Made by a program: the position numbers and the translations under genes. A stretch of DNA of 64,000 nt. Source: Candidatus Poribacteria bacterium (GTDB lineage: Bacteria; Poribacteria; WGA-4E; PCPOR2b). The DNA lies in assembly GCA_965116925.1 (NCBI GenBank), contig OZ220744.1, positions 4,512,001-4,576,000 on the forward strand, given 5' to 3'. A model generated the notes under the pieces. That model saw only the letters and a program-made list of their open reading frames with translations, was not told where the DNA came from and did no database searches. Shown here piece after piece: positions 16,977 to 26,604 of the stretch (position 1 is the first letter of the stretch; each line of letters begins with the position of its first letter).

Positions 16977-17978
16977 TTAATCCCAATCAAATATCACCTT
17001 GCCGCATCTCGCTTCGTCCGCGACACGGAGTGCCTCGATGCCATCATCAACGCGGAAATGGTGCGTCACCGCAGGTGCAAACGTTAATCCTGTTTGGGCA
17101 CAGTACCGCACGAAATCTTTTAGCCATCCAATTGGGAAGACAACGGATCCCATCAGGGTGATTCGGCGATAAACCATGTCACCCGGATTAATGACCTTGT
17201 CATCGCTTCCGACACCGACAAGTGCGGCTTTCCCCTCACGGCGGAGCGACGGGATGATGCTGCTTCGCCCACCGGCACTGCCGGAGGTTTCGACAACGTA
17301 ATCCACGCCTTCCGTCCCACTGAACGCGACCACTGCTTCAACCGGATCCTCTGTTGCGGCATTGACGGTAGCATCCGCACCGCACTTCTTGGCAACCTCG
17401 ATCCGCTCCTCCATGATATCGACCCCTATAACCCGTGCCCCCATCGACTTCGCAATGCACACGGTGCTCAACCCCACAGGACCTAGACCGTATACGGCGA
17501 TTGTTTGTGGGAAATACTGTTCTACCCCGAGTCGCCTCAAGGCAGCGTAAGCTGTGGTTCCAACACAGGCGAAAAACGGACCGTCGATGAAGTTAATCTG
17601 ATCTGGGAGTACCACACAATTCCGTTCGTTCGCAACGACATACTCACCGAATGCTCCGCTGACGACCTTATCGTCCGGGCACCAGACGAAATCTCCCAAC
17701 GAGCAATAATAGCATTGTCCACACCCTTGATGGTGATGGACGGTCACGCGGTCTCCCACTTTGAGGTTGGTCACATTCGGACCTAATTTTTCAACCACCC
17801 CGGAGGATTCATGTCCTTGGACCCAATCTCTTGGCTCCGCGGGTCGATACACGTGGAGATCACTGCCACAGATTCCCGACACCTTCATCTGAATCCGAAC
17901 TTCTCCATTCCCCGGCTCTGGGGTAGGAACCTCTTTGACAGCACATTGGCGGTTACCCAAAAAAACAATTCCTTTCAT
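16977..17978 (-). CDS. Zinc-dependent alcohol/sugar-alcohol dehydrogenase (MDR family)
   Basis: GICGSD, GHE, CGQCYYC...C and GLGPVG motifs. Confidence 0.92.
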   Translation of the reverse strand: MKGIVFLGNRQCAVKEVPTPEPGNGEVRIQMKVSGICGSDLHVYRPAEPRDWVQGHESSGVVEKLGPNVTNLKVGDRVTVHHHQGCGQCYYCSLGDFVWCPDDKVVSGAFGEYVVANERNCVVLPDQINFIDGPFFACVGTTAYAALRRLGVEQYFPQTIAVYGLGPVGLSTVCIAKSMGARVIGVDIMEERIEVAKKCGADATVNAATEDPVEAVVAFSGTEGVDYVVETSGSAGGRSSIIPSLRREGKAALVGVGSDDKVINPGDMVYRRITLMGSVVFPIGWLKDFVRYCAQTGLTFAPAVTHHFRVDDGIEALRVADEARCGKVIFDWD

Positions 17979-18042
17979 TATTAACACTCCAATCAACTCG
18001 TTGGTTTGTATTAACCAATGGTGCTAGTTTGCAGTTGTTGAT

Positions 18043-18125
18043 AACGTGAAACGTGATGCGTGAAACGTAAAAATCATTGGTTCAGCAGTTCGTTTAGCCC
18101 CAGCGGGACAAGATGCCCCGCCTAC
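18043..18125. repeat. AAACGTG heptamer repeat followed by a GTAG-type REP
   Basis: 18060-18084 matches 14704-14728 at 23/25. REP gcgggacaagatgccccgcctac at 18103-18125. Confidence 0.7.
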
Positions 18126-18146
18126 AGTTGGCTGTGCAGGTCCTAA

Positions 18147-19562
18147 TTAAGTCGAGGTTGAATCGAGCCAGTAGGAGTAAAAGCGTCCGTTTCGCAGGGT
18201 GAAGCGGAGACGGATAGTTTGCCCCGTAAATTGGGTGATATCCCCCTCAGTCCATGCAATCCGCGCAGCGGAGTAGTCCCCGTGAAGTCGGGCGGAGGCG
18301 GTAAGCGTATCGCCATCGGTGGAAAGCATTTCAACGCCGAGCTCGCCGTTAGGCACATCGACATTGACGAAGAGAGAATCACCGTTCAGCGCAAAGGGCT
18401 CCGTACAGATAGTGCCAACCTCCTCCCCAGCATCGAGGGAGATGAACCCGTCGCGCCGCAGGACCGCCAGACAGACTGCGCCGGTGTCGGGATGGTAGTC
18501 GTCGTACCCCGGCACTTCGCCGGAGGTGATGAAAGCGTACTGCTTGGTGCCCGTGTAGTAGAACCATAACTCATCACCGCGCACGACAGCGTTAGAGGGA
18601 CCGAGCAACCCTTGCAGGTCGTAGGCACCGCCACCCAACGTTGAGGTTTCGATGAACGGTTTGCGTTCGCCGAGACGTATCCAGTTTCTCAAATCGCGGC
18701 TACATACCATCTGGATATTGTAGAAACCGGTATAGTCTCCGTACTGCCTGACGCACTCTAGGATGTACGGAGATAGACGCAACCGATCAAAACCGGGCCA
18801 ATCGGTAGGAACTTTGCCGGTGTGATGATACATAGACGGTAACCCGATATATATCCCTTCGTACCGAAACACCCCCATATTGTAGATTTGTACGCTGTAA
18901 TGTTCGGGCGTGTTGTATTCCGTCTGTCGGAGGTTGGGATTAGAGAGACGCGCTTCGATAACGTCTCTGCCCATCTCCTGATCTACTTCGTCGGCGTGGA
19001 AAACAACCCCATAGTCATCCCAGTTTTCAAAGTCCGTGCTGGTAGCCATAGCGAGTGATCTGCCGTAGGGACCGGAACGTTTCACTGTGTGGATGAACAA
19101 ACCTTCCTGTTCGTTGTAGGAGAAGTTTCCTTCATCTGAACTCGGCACGGGGGGCACATCCAGCTTTGTCCAGTTCACGCCGTCCGGTGAAACCGCGAAA
19201 CCTGCGTTGAGGAGCGCGGCTTTGTATCGCCCCCCCGGATCCGGATCATTTGCATCGCGAACCGCCATTGGTCCCCCAATATTTGGTTCAGATCTTGGCG
19301 TCCAGTGCAGCCCGTCCGCACTGACGCGGTAACTCTCGTCCGTCCCGATAACCCAAAACTTGTAGACTTCTTCCTCTGGATCCCAAGCCGGTGCGGTGCG
19401 CGTTTGGATCGTCTGGGTCGGGTTGGCACTCCGAACCACCGCCCCCTTTTTGGAAGGTTGGTGCAGCGTCCGGGTGAGGTTCTCAAGGCGTTCAATCCCG
19501 ACATCGTCGAGAAATAGTTGCCGCTGACCGCACGGAACGTTGAATTCCGTCGTATCGTTCAT
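18147..19562 (-). CDS. Five-bladed beta-propeller glycoside hydrolase-like protein (GH32/GH130-like); paralogue of 44367-45887
   Basis: QLFLDD N-terminus, S.DG..W Asp-box-like repeats, LRRDGFISLDA and the C-terminal LRFTLRNGRFYSY. Confidence 0.7.
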   Translation of the reverse strand: MNDTTEFNVPCGQRQLFLDDVGIERLENLTRTLHQPSKKGAVVRSANPTQTIQTRTAPAWDPEEEVYKFWVIGTDESYRVSADGLHWTPRSEPNIGGPMAVRDANDPDPGGRYKAALLNAGFAVSPDGVNWTKLDVPPVPSSDEGNFSYNEQEGLFIHTVKRSGPYGRSLAMATSTDFENWDDYGVVFHADEVDQEMGRDVIEARLSNPNLRQTEYNTPEHYSVQIYNMGVFRYEGIYIGLPSMYHHTGKVPTDWPGFDRLRLSPYILECVRQYGDYTGFYNIQMVCSRDLRNWIRLGERKPFIETSTLGGGAYDLQGLLGPSNAVVRGDELWFYYTGTKQYAFITSGEVPGYDDYHPDTGAVCLAVLRRDGFISLDAGEEVGTICTEPFALNGDSLFVNVDVPNGELGVEMLSTDGDTLTASARLHGDYSAARIAWTEGDITQFTGQTIRLRFTLRNGRFYSYWLDSTST

Positions 19563-19613
19563 ATCAGGTTCCCTTGAGGGATTGCAAAAATGGATAAAAC
19601 TACCTTCACACAC

Positions 19614-20603
19614 CTATGACGAAGGTTCGTTAATTGCCTGCATCAGGGCGTGAATATAACCGAAGCAATACCCGAATCCGACGCCACCGGGATTTTCACC
19701 AGAGATCCCCGGCACATGGTCTGGCATCACCATATACGGATAGTCAACCTCTTTGAGGGTACGCAACGCTTTGAGCATATCTACATCACCCTCGTCCGGA
19801 AAGACCTCAACAAAATCAAGGAGACCGCCCTTGATGTTGCGGAAGTGGATGTTAAACAGCTTCTTCCGCTCGCCGAAGTAGCGGAGAATATCGTAGAGAT
19901 CTTGCCCCGGATTTTCCAGCGATTCCGACACCGTCCCAATGCAGAAATTCAACCCATGGTAAGGGCTTTCGTGCATGTGGACAAATTTCTTGAGTCCCTC
20001 GACGGTGCCCATGACTCTGGCAACGCCTCGATATAGTCGATCGCCGATGCTCGGATCCTGTGGGTGGCAGGCAAGCCGTACCTTGTACTCCTCCGCCACG
20101 GGGACAACTCGCGAAAGGAAATAGTCGATTCGCTCCCACATCTCGTCCGCATCGGCGGGTCCGTCTTCAAACTCGTCCAATGTTTGGTCGAGTTTGTGGT
20201 ATTCAAACGACGACAGGCTTGCGCCGCCCCGTCCAAACCGCCTTCCTGTTCGTAGATGACCAAGAATTGTGATATTGTACCGCCCGGCTGGAATGCCCGC
20301 TCGCGACATATTGCGGAGCAGGTCGCAGATCTGGTCAATCTCCCGATCCCGTTCTGGACTGGGACCGAGGAAAACATGAGGTGCGCCTTGTGTTCTCGCA
20401 GGTCCCGACGCTAACGGCAGAATCATCATATCGAGCGAAATGTCTAGGGAGGCTAATTTCTCCTTAAACTGCGATAGAACGTCCACATCCCAATCCAGCC
20501 AGTTGCCGGGTGGATTGGCTGAAACATGATTAACACCTAACTGGGGAAGCACCTTGTAGGCGTCCCAGTTATCTCCTGAAAGATTTTGTGTGCCAACGTG
20601 CAT
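19614..20603 (-). CDS. uxuA: Mannonate dehydratase family protein
   Basis: VRLACHPQDP, GLNFCIG, IHFRN, FPDEGDVDM and MPDHVP motifs. Confidence 0.85.
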   Translation of the reverse strand: MHVGTQNLSGDNWDAYKVLPQLGVNHVSANPPGNWLDWDVDVLSQFKEKLASLDISLDMMILPLASGPARTQGAPHVFLGPSPERDREIDQICDLLRNMSRAGIPAGRYNITILGHLRTGRRFGRGGASLSSFEYHKLDQTLDEFEDGPADADEMWERIDYFLSRVVPVAEEYKVRLACHPQDPSIGDRLYRGVARVMGTVEGLKKFVHMHESPYHGLNFCIGTVSESLENPGQDLYDILRYFGERKKLFNIHFRNIKGGLLDFVEVFPDEGDVDMLKALRTLKEVDYPYMVMPDHVPGISGENPGGVGFGYCFGYIHALMQAINEPSS

Positions 20604-20644
20604 TTTGAGCTCCTTTGGTTAGTGCGTGAAACGTGAAAGCTATT

Positions 20645-21847
20645 TTAGGGACGTGTTGGGCTGCCATCTGGCAGGCGGGTCTGTGTCCACCACTCAACCT
20701 GATCTTCGCATGGATATTTCGCTGCGAGATCCTCGTTGATGTCGATTCCCAATCCCGGTTTGTCGCTGGGATACATGTATCCATTCCGAACTTCTGGCAG
20801 ACCGGGGAAAATCTCATACATGTGTTCAGGGAAGTTACACCATTCTTGAATCCCGAAGTTTGGTGCCCATAGGTCGAGGTGCAGGTTCGCGGCATGTCCC
20901 ACCGGCGACGTGTCGCCGGGTCCGTGCCACGCGGTGCGGACACCGTACATGTTGGCAAATGCTGCGACATGACGTGCAGGTGTCAGCCCACCCATCTGGC
21001 TGACATGCATCCGGATAAAGTCGATTAGACGACCGGCGATTAGCGGTTGCCATTCGCGGGGATTGTTGAACAGTTCACCCATCGCGATTGGGGTACAACA
21101 CTGTTGGCGCATGTTAGCGAACCATTCCAGATCCTCTGGGGCAAGCGGGTCTTCGAGAAAGAAGAGATTGAACGGCTCAACATCCTTAGCGAATTTGACT
21201 GCGTCGATGGGGTGCAGTCGCTCATGAATATCGTGTAAGAGTTCAGCTTCATCCCCCACTTCAGCTCGGACATGCTCAATCATCCGCAATATATTCAGCG
21301 TGTATTCCCGTGGATCGAAGTATGCCCCGTCAGGCGCGCCTTCCGGTTTAACGATTCGGCTTGCCTCGCCACCGTAGCCGCCCATCTGAATCCGAATGTA
21401 GCGGTAGCCGTTTTCCATGAATTGCCGGACGCTATCAGCGACGGCTTCGGGCGAATTGCCTCCCGCATGTCCATAGACCGCAGCGGCTTCACGGCATTTA
21501 CCACCGAGAAGCTCATAAACCGGCATCCCTGCCTGTTTACCTTTGATATCCCATAATGCTTGGTCAGCACCAGAGATTGCGTTGCTTAAAACGGGCCCGT
21601 TACGCCAATAGCTATGCACCATCCCCATCTGCCAGATCTCCTCGATGCGGGAGACATCGCGTCCGATCAGGAAGGGTTTCAGGTGTTTTTCCATCGCGGT
21701 GACGACGGCGTGGAACCGCTGCGTAAAGGTCGCGCAGCCCAAGCCGTATAACCCCGGCTCCGAGGTGATAATTTTGACGATAACCAGCCGTGAGCCAGCC
21801 GGTTGCGTTGTGATTGTCTGCACATCTTTAATCGTTACTGTAGCCAT
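20645..21847 (-). CDS. RspA/ManD-like acid-sugar dehydratase (enolase superfamily)
   Basis: YWRNGPV, WDIKGK..GMPVYELLGG, LLHDIHER, FLED, MGE and AWHGPGD.SP motifs. Confidence 0.9.
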   Translation of the reverse strand: MATVTIKDVQTITTQPAGSRLVIVKIITSEPGLYGLGCATFTQRFHAVVTAMEKHLKPFLIGRDVSRIEEIWQMGMVHSYWRNGPVLSNAISGADQALWDIKGKQAGMPVYELLGGKCREAAAVYGHAGGNSPEAVADSVRQFMENGYRYIRIQMGGYGGEASRIVKPEGAPDGAYFDPREYTLNILRMIEHVRAEVGDEAELLHDIHERLHPIDAVKFAKDVEPFNLFFLEDPLAPEDLEWFANMRQQCCTPIAMGELFNNPREWQPLIAGRLIDFIRMHVSQMGGLTPARHVAAFANMYGVRTAWHGPGDTSPVGHAANLHLDLWAPNFGIQEWCNFPEHMYEIFPGLPEVRNGYMYPSDKPGLGIDINEDLAAKYPCEDQVEWWTQTRLPDGSPTRP

Positions 21848-21994
21848 TTAAGTCCCTTCTCCCCACTTGGGGATGAATGTGGTAAGGAACGCAGATCTGC
21901 GTTCCCTACATATATCTAGCGGGTCCCTTTATGAGGATATGATTTTTTTTCTGTTGCTCTAGTTAGATAGATTTGCTAAAATCCTTTCAACCCT

Positions 21995-22034
21995 GAACGA
22001 TAACATTACACCAAGAACGATAACACTACACCAA
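21995..22034 (+). repeat. 20-bp tandem direct repeat in a leader region
   Basis: gaacgataacattacaccaa followed by gaacgataacactacaccaa (19/20). Confidence 0.85.
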
Positions 22035-22049
22035 AGAAAGGAATGAAAT

Positions 22050-23114
22050 ATGTTGAGAATCCAATCGCTTCAACTCAAACATTTCTGTTTTGCCTTTGTT
22101 CTAATAGTCGGTCTTGCTGCCCCTGTAACAGGAATGGCTGATGATCACTCGTCAATGTCGATCGGGGATGCAGACATCGTTTCCCCAGACGCCAAACTGG
22201 AGGTATTGTTCAGCGATGCGTTCTTCACAGAGGGAGCCGCTGTGGCACCGGATGGCAGTGTCTATTTCAGTGACATTACCTTTACGCATGGGTCAGACAT
22301 GCAGGCGGGACACATCTGGAGATATGATCCCAAGGCCGGAACGGCTTCCGTCTATCGCTCACCGAGCGGGATGTCCAACGGCATCAAGTTTGACGCCCAA
22401 GGGCGGATGATTGTCGCCGAAGGCGCGGACTTCGGTGGACGCCGCGTCACTCGGACGGATATGACGACAGGTAAAAGTGAGATCATCGCCGGCCTGTATG
22501 AGGGGAGACCATTTAATGCGCCCAACGACATTACCATTGATGAAAAAGGGCGAATCTATTTCAGCGACCCCCGGTATCTTGGGCATGAGCCGATAGATCA
22601 GCCAATCATGGCGGTATACCGAATTGATCCCGATGGCTCGATTCACCGCATTATCACCGATGCGGGCAAGCCGAACGGTGTGGCAGTATCTCCCGACCAA
22701 AAGTCCATATACGTGGTCAGCAATGACAACGGAATGACCGGCATTGGTCGAATACCTGAAGAGACACCGCTTCATAGAGGGCGTATGGCGTTGCTGGCGT
22801 ACGATTTAGCGGAGGACGGGACTGCCACGTTTCGGAAAGTATTGGTTGATTACGCCCCACAAGATGGACCTGATGGACTGGTCGTCGATGTAGACGGAAA
22901 CCTTTATGTCGCCGTGCGCGATACCACTCGACCGGGGATCGTTGTCTACTCCCCTGAAGGGGAGGAACTAGCGTATATCCCAACGACGCCGGAACTCCCG
23001 ACCAATGTTGCATTTGGTCGCGGGGACGAGAGCAAAACCCTATATGTTACATCGGGGAACAGTCTCTACCAGATCAAGGTGATGAAAGACGGTTATCATT
23101 TACCTTCAAAATGA
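22050..23114 (+). CDS. Secreted SMP-30/gluconolactonase family protein
   Basis: Signal peptide plus FTEG, YFSD, SNG, NAPND, KPNG, GPDG and PTNVAFG motifs. Confidence 0.92.
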   Translation: MLRIQSLQLKHFCFAFVLIVGLAAPVTGMADDHSSMSIGDADIVSPDAKLEVLFSDAFFTEGAAVAPDGSVYFSDITFTHGSDMQAGHIWRYDPKAGTASVYRSPSGMSNGIKFDAQGRMIVAEGADFGGRRVTRTDMTTGKSEIIAGLYEGRPFNAPNDITIDEKGRIYFSDPRYLGHEPIDQPIMAVYRIDPDGSIHRIITDAGKPNGVAVSPDQKSIYVVSNDNGMTGIGRIPEETPLHRGRMALLAYDLAEDGTATFRKVLVDYAPQDGPDGLVVDVDGNLYVAVRDTTRPGIVVYSPEGEELAYIPTTPELPTNVAFGRGDESKTLYVTSGNSLYQIKVMKDGYHLPSK

Positions 23115-23250
23115 AACGTGAAACGCGATGCGTAAAACGTATTTTCACCGCAGAGACGCAGAGAACACAGAGAAAAACAGGAAAAAAACTCTGCGTCTCT
23201 GTGGTCGGTTTTCTCGTTTTCCCGTTCTCTCGTTTTCTCCCTTTCACGCG
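23112..23250. repeat. Heptamer repeats plus an ACCGCAGAGACGCAGAG inverted repeat between convergent genes (possible bidirectional terminator)
   Basis: 23147-23163 pairs with 23189-23205 at 16/17. AAACGTG-like units at 23112-23141. Confidence 0.7.
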
Positions 23251-23251
23251 A

Positions 23252-24751
23252 CTATCCTGCCCCAAACAACTTCCCGATCAACCCCCAGCCGCTAATTCCT
23301 GCGAAAACAATCAGAATCGCTGCTGACACGATCGCGCCGAGCAACATTGGCCACCGTGTTCGATAAACAGCGGGCAGTTTGAAATTCAAATATAGCGCAC
23401 CAAGCATCATCAGGGCGATTGATAGATTTGCCAAAATAAATCCAGCGATCTGCGTGAGGATGTCGAACGGAATATTGAGCCAAACGATGACAAACGTGGT
23501 TATGAAGATATAGACACACACCCAGCGTCGAATTTTATCATAATTCCACTCCCGGTTGGGCCAAATTGCTTGGAAAAATTCCTGTGACACGCGGGCGTAG
23601 ATTTCAGGCAGCGCCTGCAAAGTCCCCCAAAGTGCCGCGATAATACAGATGTAATAGACCCAGATTAACGAGCCGTGGATATTGCTCCAGACATGGCGTT
23701 GTTCGGTGAGCAGGCTCCAGCCCTTAAACTCACTCTGGAGTGGGTAGAGAACAGCGGCACCGGACAACATGAATGCTCCCGTTACAATGAACAGAACGAC
23801 TGCTCCCATGCCAACGTCCCAGCGCAATGGTGCGACAATTTTCCGCAAGCGGGACACCTGCTCCGGGTCATCGGGCAGGTAGTCAATCTTATCGTGTGTG
23901 AAAGCGTGTCGTTGAATCGCTTCAATTTTTTGATGACCAGTCATCCCCCACCGGTGGAGTCCAACCCAGTTGGCATAGACAATGTATCCCATCACCGAAC
24001 CGCCCACGTAGGCAAATGCTGTTGCCATCGTTAGGAGTGGATTTTCAACGGCATCTTGCGGTGCCCATTCGGGAAACTCCGGCAGTCTTCCAAAGCTGAG
24101 ACTTCCGATAAACGCTCTTCCCAAATCTGGACGCACCATCAGGGTTCCGATAATGGTTCCCACAACGAGAATGGTGCAAATGATGAGTTGCTGTTTCTCC
24201 AATCGTTCAAATGAGAGCCGTAAGCCAAACGCGAGAGCCAAGCCGATGAAGCCGCACGTGATGATGTTTTCATAGGTCACCTCCGAGAGAGACGCTGGCA
24301 ACATACCACTGATGAAATAATGGAACAGATCTCCGCACGGCTTCGCAATAGGCACCCAAGCGAGCGGGGCCCCAATCATCTCCATCAACACGATTGCAAT
24401 CAGTAACCAGCCGCGTGGTCCCGGCAGCCGCACAAGCCGATGCCCGATATATTCTCCACTAACCGCTGTGTAGCGTCCGAGCAGGTAGGTGACGAAGACT
24501 CCCTTGACGACGCAGCTTAAAAGCACAAGCCATAATAGTCCATAGCGTGCCCACGCCCCTGCCCTGACAACGACAATAGTTTCACCTGCGCCGATACTGA
24601 CCGATGCCACGATCGCGGCGGGTCCAAAAACGGCGAGCAAGCCGAACACTTTGTTCATTGACCACGGTTGAGCGAACACGCCGCTGACAGGTGGCACTTC
24701 AACTTTGCCGATATCTTCCTCGGTCTCTTGAACAGTTTCTCTATTGTCCAT
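23252..24751 (-). CDS. Nramp-related (APC superfamily) transporter
   Basis: FGPAAIVASVSIGAGE, GAWARYGLLW and RYTAVSGE motifs, with about 11 TM helices. Confidence 0.8.
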   Translation of the reverse strand: MDNRETVQETEEDIGKVEVPPVSGVFAQPWSMNKVFGLLAVFGPAAIVASVSIGAGETIVVVRAGAWARYGLLWLVLLSCVVKGVFVTYLLGRYTAVSGEYIGHRLVRLPGPRGWLLIAIVLMEMIGAPLAWVPIAKPCGDLFHYFISGMLPASLSEVTYENIITCGFIGLALAFGLRLSFERLEKQQLIICTILVVGTIIGTLMVRPDLGRAFIGSLSFGRLPEFPEWAPQDAVENPLLTMATAFAYVGGSVMGYIVYANWVGLHRWGMTGHQKIEAIQRHAFTHDKIDYLPDDPEQVSRLRKIVAPLRWDVGMGAVVLFIVTGAFMLSGAAVLYPLQSEFKGWSLLTEQRHVWSNIHGSLIWVYYICIIAALWGTLQALPEIYARVSQEFFQAIWPNREWNYDKIRRWVCVYIFITTFVIVWLNIPFDILTQIAGFILANLSIALMMLGALYLNFKLPAVYRTRWPMLLGAIVSAAILIVFAGISGWGLIGKLFGAG

Positions 24752-25040
24752 GTCCTGCCTTTCATTTCAAAGGCAAATCTCCTACTTCCTTCTTTTATGT
24801 ATGTAGAGGAAATCTGCTTTGGGATTTTGAAAAAATGCTGTTGGCTATATTAGCATACATCCGAAACCTTGTCTATCAAAAAAGAGTGTCAAATCCTATA
24901 TTCACAGGAGTAAGTTTTAGTGTCGATTTTGGGTGCAATTTATGCTAAAATAGGGTTGCTTGAGCATATCCGAGTGAAGGGTCTCTCCTTGATGACACTT
25001 TCGGAGGATGCTAAACAGATATGCGGCACATATTAAAGAC

Positions 25041-25159
25041 AGGGCTTACGCAAATTTAGCACACAAGGGGTAGATTTTTGATTTTTAACCCCCAAAATCC
25101 CCCTTGTCAGGGGGATTTTGGAAAATCAGGGGGACTTATGAACGCGCTGCGTAAGCCCT
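25041..25159. mobile_element. MITE-like element with 12-bp terminal inverted repeats AGGGCTTACGCA
   Basis: agggcttacgca...tgcgtaagccct, with an internal palindrome at 25092-25121. Confidence 0.7.
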
Positions 25160-25195
25160 AAAAGGAATGAAAATTACGCAAATAGGAGAAAATTT

Positions 25196-26293
25196 ATGAA
25201 CTATCCTACTTATGAATCGATCGGTGTGCGACCGTTGATCAATTGTCGTGGTACTTATACAATTATAAGCGGTTCAGTCATTCTACCCGAAGTCCGCGAA
25301 GCGATGGTCTTCGCTTCACAACGCTATGTCAATCTCGACGAACTGATGGAGTGTGTAGGCGCACGAATTGCTGAGTTGATGAATTGTGAGTGGGGATTGG
25401 TCACCGATGGTTGTGCTGCGGCACTGTGTCAAGTCACAGCGGCTTGTGTGGCTGGAAGCGACCCTGAGAAGATGATTCGACTCCCTGATACCTCCGGAAT
25501 GAAAAACGAGGTTATCGTCCAAACTTGCCATCGGAATGTCTACGATCATGCCATACGTATGGTCGGGGTCAAGATGATTGAGGTTGACACGAAAGACGAA
25601 CTCAAAGCTGCCCTCAATGACCGGACTGCGATGCTCTTCGTTTTCGGAGATGCCGAGGAACGAGGAGGGATAACGACGAAGGAGATGGCAGAAATTGGTC
25701 ACGCACATGGCGTTCCGACCTTTGTAGACGCGGCAGCAGAGAGACCCGATGTGCCCAACTGGTATCTTGAGCAGGGTGCTGATGCCGTTGCCTATAGCGG
25801 TGGCAAATGTCTTCGAGGTCCCCAAGCCTCTGGCTTGGTTCTAGGACGCAAAGACTTACTCCAGGCAGCTTTTCTCAATGGTGCTCCCCATCACGCCTTG
25901 GCGCGTCCGATGAAGGCAGGTAAAGAGGAAATTATGGGACTCTTAGCAGCGGTGGAGCAGTGGGTCGCAAGAGACCATAAGACGGAGTGGAAAGAGTGGG
26001 AGCGACGATTGGGGGTTATCACTGCAGCTGTGAAAGATATTGACACTGTGACCACTTCAATCCGTGAACCGGGTAGATCGAATGTCGCACCGGTGCTTGA
26101 GATTAACTGGGAGGCTGCGACAGTTGGCATGAACGGTACAGAGGTTGGGGATCAGTTGTCGGCAGGGGAACCACGCATCGAACTCCACAACAATGAGAAC
26201 GGTATTTCTATCATGCCCTACATGATGGAAGAGGGCGAAGACGAAATTGTGGCGGCACGGATCCGTGAAGTGCTCAATTCGTCGCAGAAGTAA
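25196..26293 (+). CDS. SelA-like PLP-dependent enzyme (DgaE-related, probably not true selenocysteine synthase)
   Basis: INCRGTYTIISGS, VDAAAE, PLP-lysine motif YSGGKCLRGPQASG and RPMKAGKEEI. Confidence 0.85.
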   Translation: MNYPTYESIGVRPLINCRGTYTIISGSVILPEVREAMVFASQRYVNLDELMECVGARIAELMNCEWGLVTDGCAAALCQVTAACVAGSDPEKMIRLPDTSGMKNEVIVQTCHRNVYDHAIRMVGVKMIEVDTKDELKAALNDRTAMLFVFGDAEERGGITTKEMAEIGHAHGVPTFVDAAAERPDVPNWYLEQGADAVAYSGGKCLRGPQASGLVLGRKDLLQAAFLNGAPHHALARPMKAGKEEIMGLLAAVEQWVARDHKTEWKEWERRLGVITAAVKDIDTVTTSIREPGRSNVAPVLEINWEAATVGMNGTEVGDQLSAGEPRIELHNNENGISIMPYMMEEGEDEIVAARIREVLNSSQK

Positions 26294-26304
26294 GGAGTAG
26301 GCTT

Positions 26305-26604
26305 ATGTATGATTTGAATGGTGAGTGGGACATGCGGATTCAATTCCTTTCGGGAGAGACGCAGCACAGTCTACGATTCGAGCAGGATGGTGATATGTTA
26401 AGTGGAACTTACCGCTCTCAATACGGTACTGAGCCGTTACAGGGAAATGTACGGGGAAATGTCGTGCAGATACAGACAGATATTCGCTATGAGGGTCAGG
26501 GTGTGGGGTATCGCTTTGAAGGCATCATCAACGGGGATAAAATTCAGGGGGACCTAGACCTCGGTGAATACTGGCAGGCGTCATGGAAGGCTAAGAAGCG
26601 ATAA
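26305..26604 (+). CDS. Small beta-strand-rich hypothetical protein
   Basis: 99 aa with an AAGGAG RBS, pattern LNGEW...DLGEYWQASWKAK, and a TAATG overlap with the next gene. Confidence 0.75.
   Translation: MYDLNGEWDMRIQFLSGETQHSLRFEQDGDMLSGTYRSQYGTEPLQGNVRGNVVQIQTDIRYEGQGVGYRFEGIINGDKIQGDLDLGEYWQASWKAKKR

Noticed and set aside
25196..26293. True selenocysteine synthase selA or a selenoprotein locus
   Set aside because: Too short and of the SelA-like type. No selB, selD or tRNA-Sec is present, and I noticed no in-frame UGA candidate.
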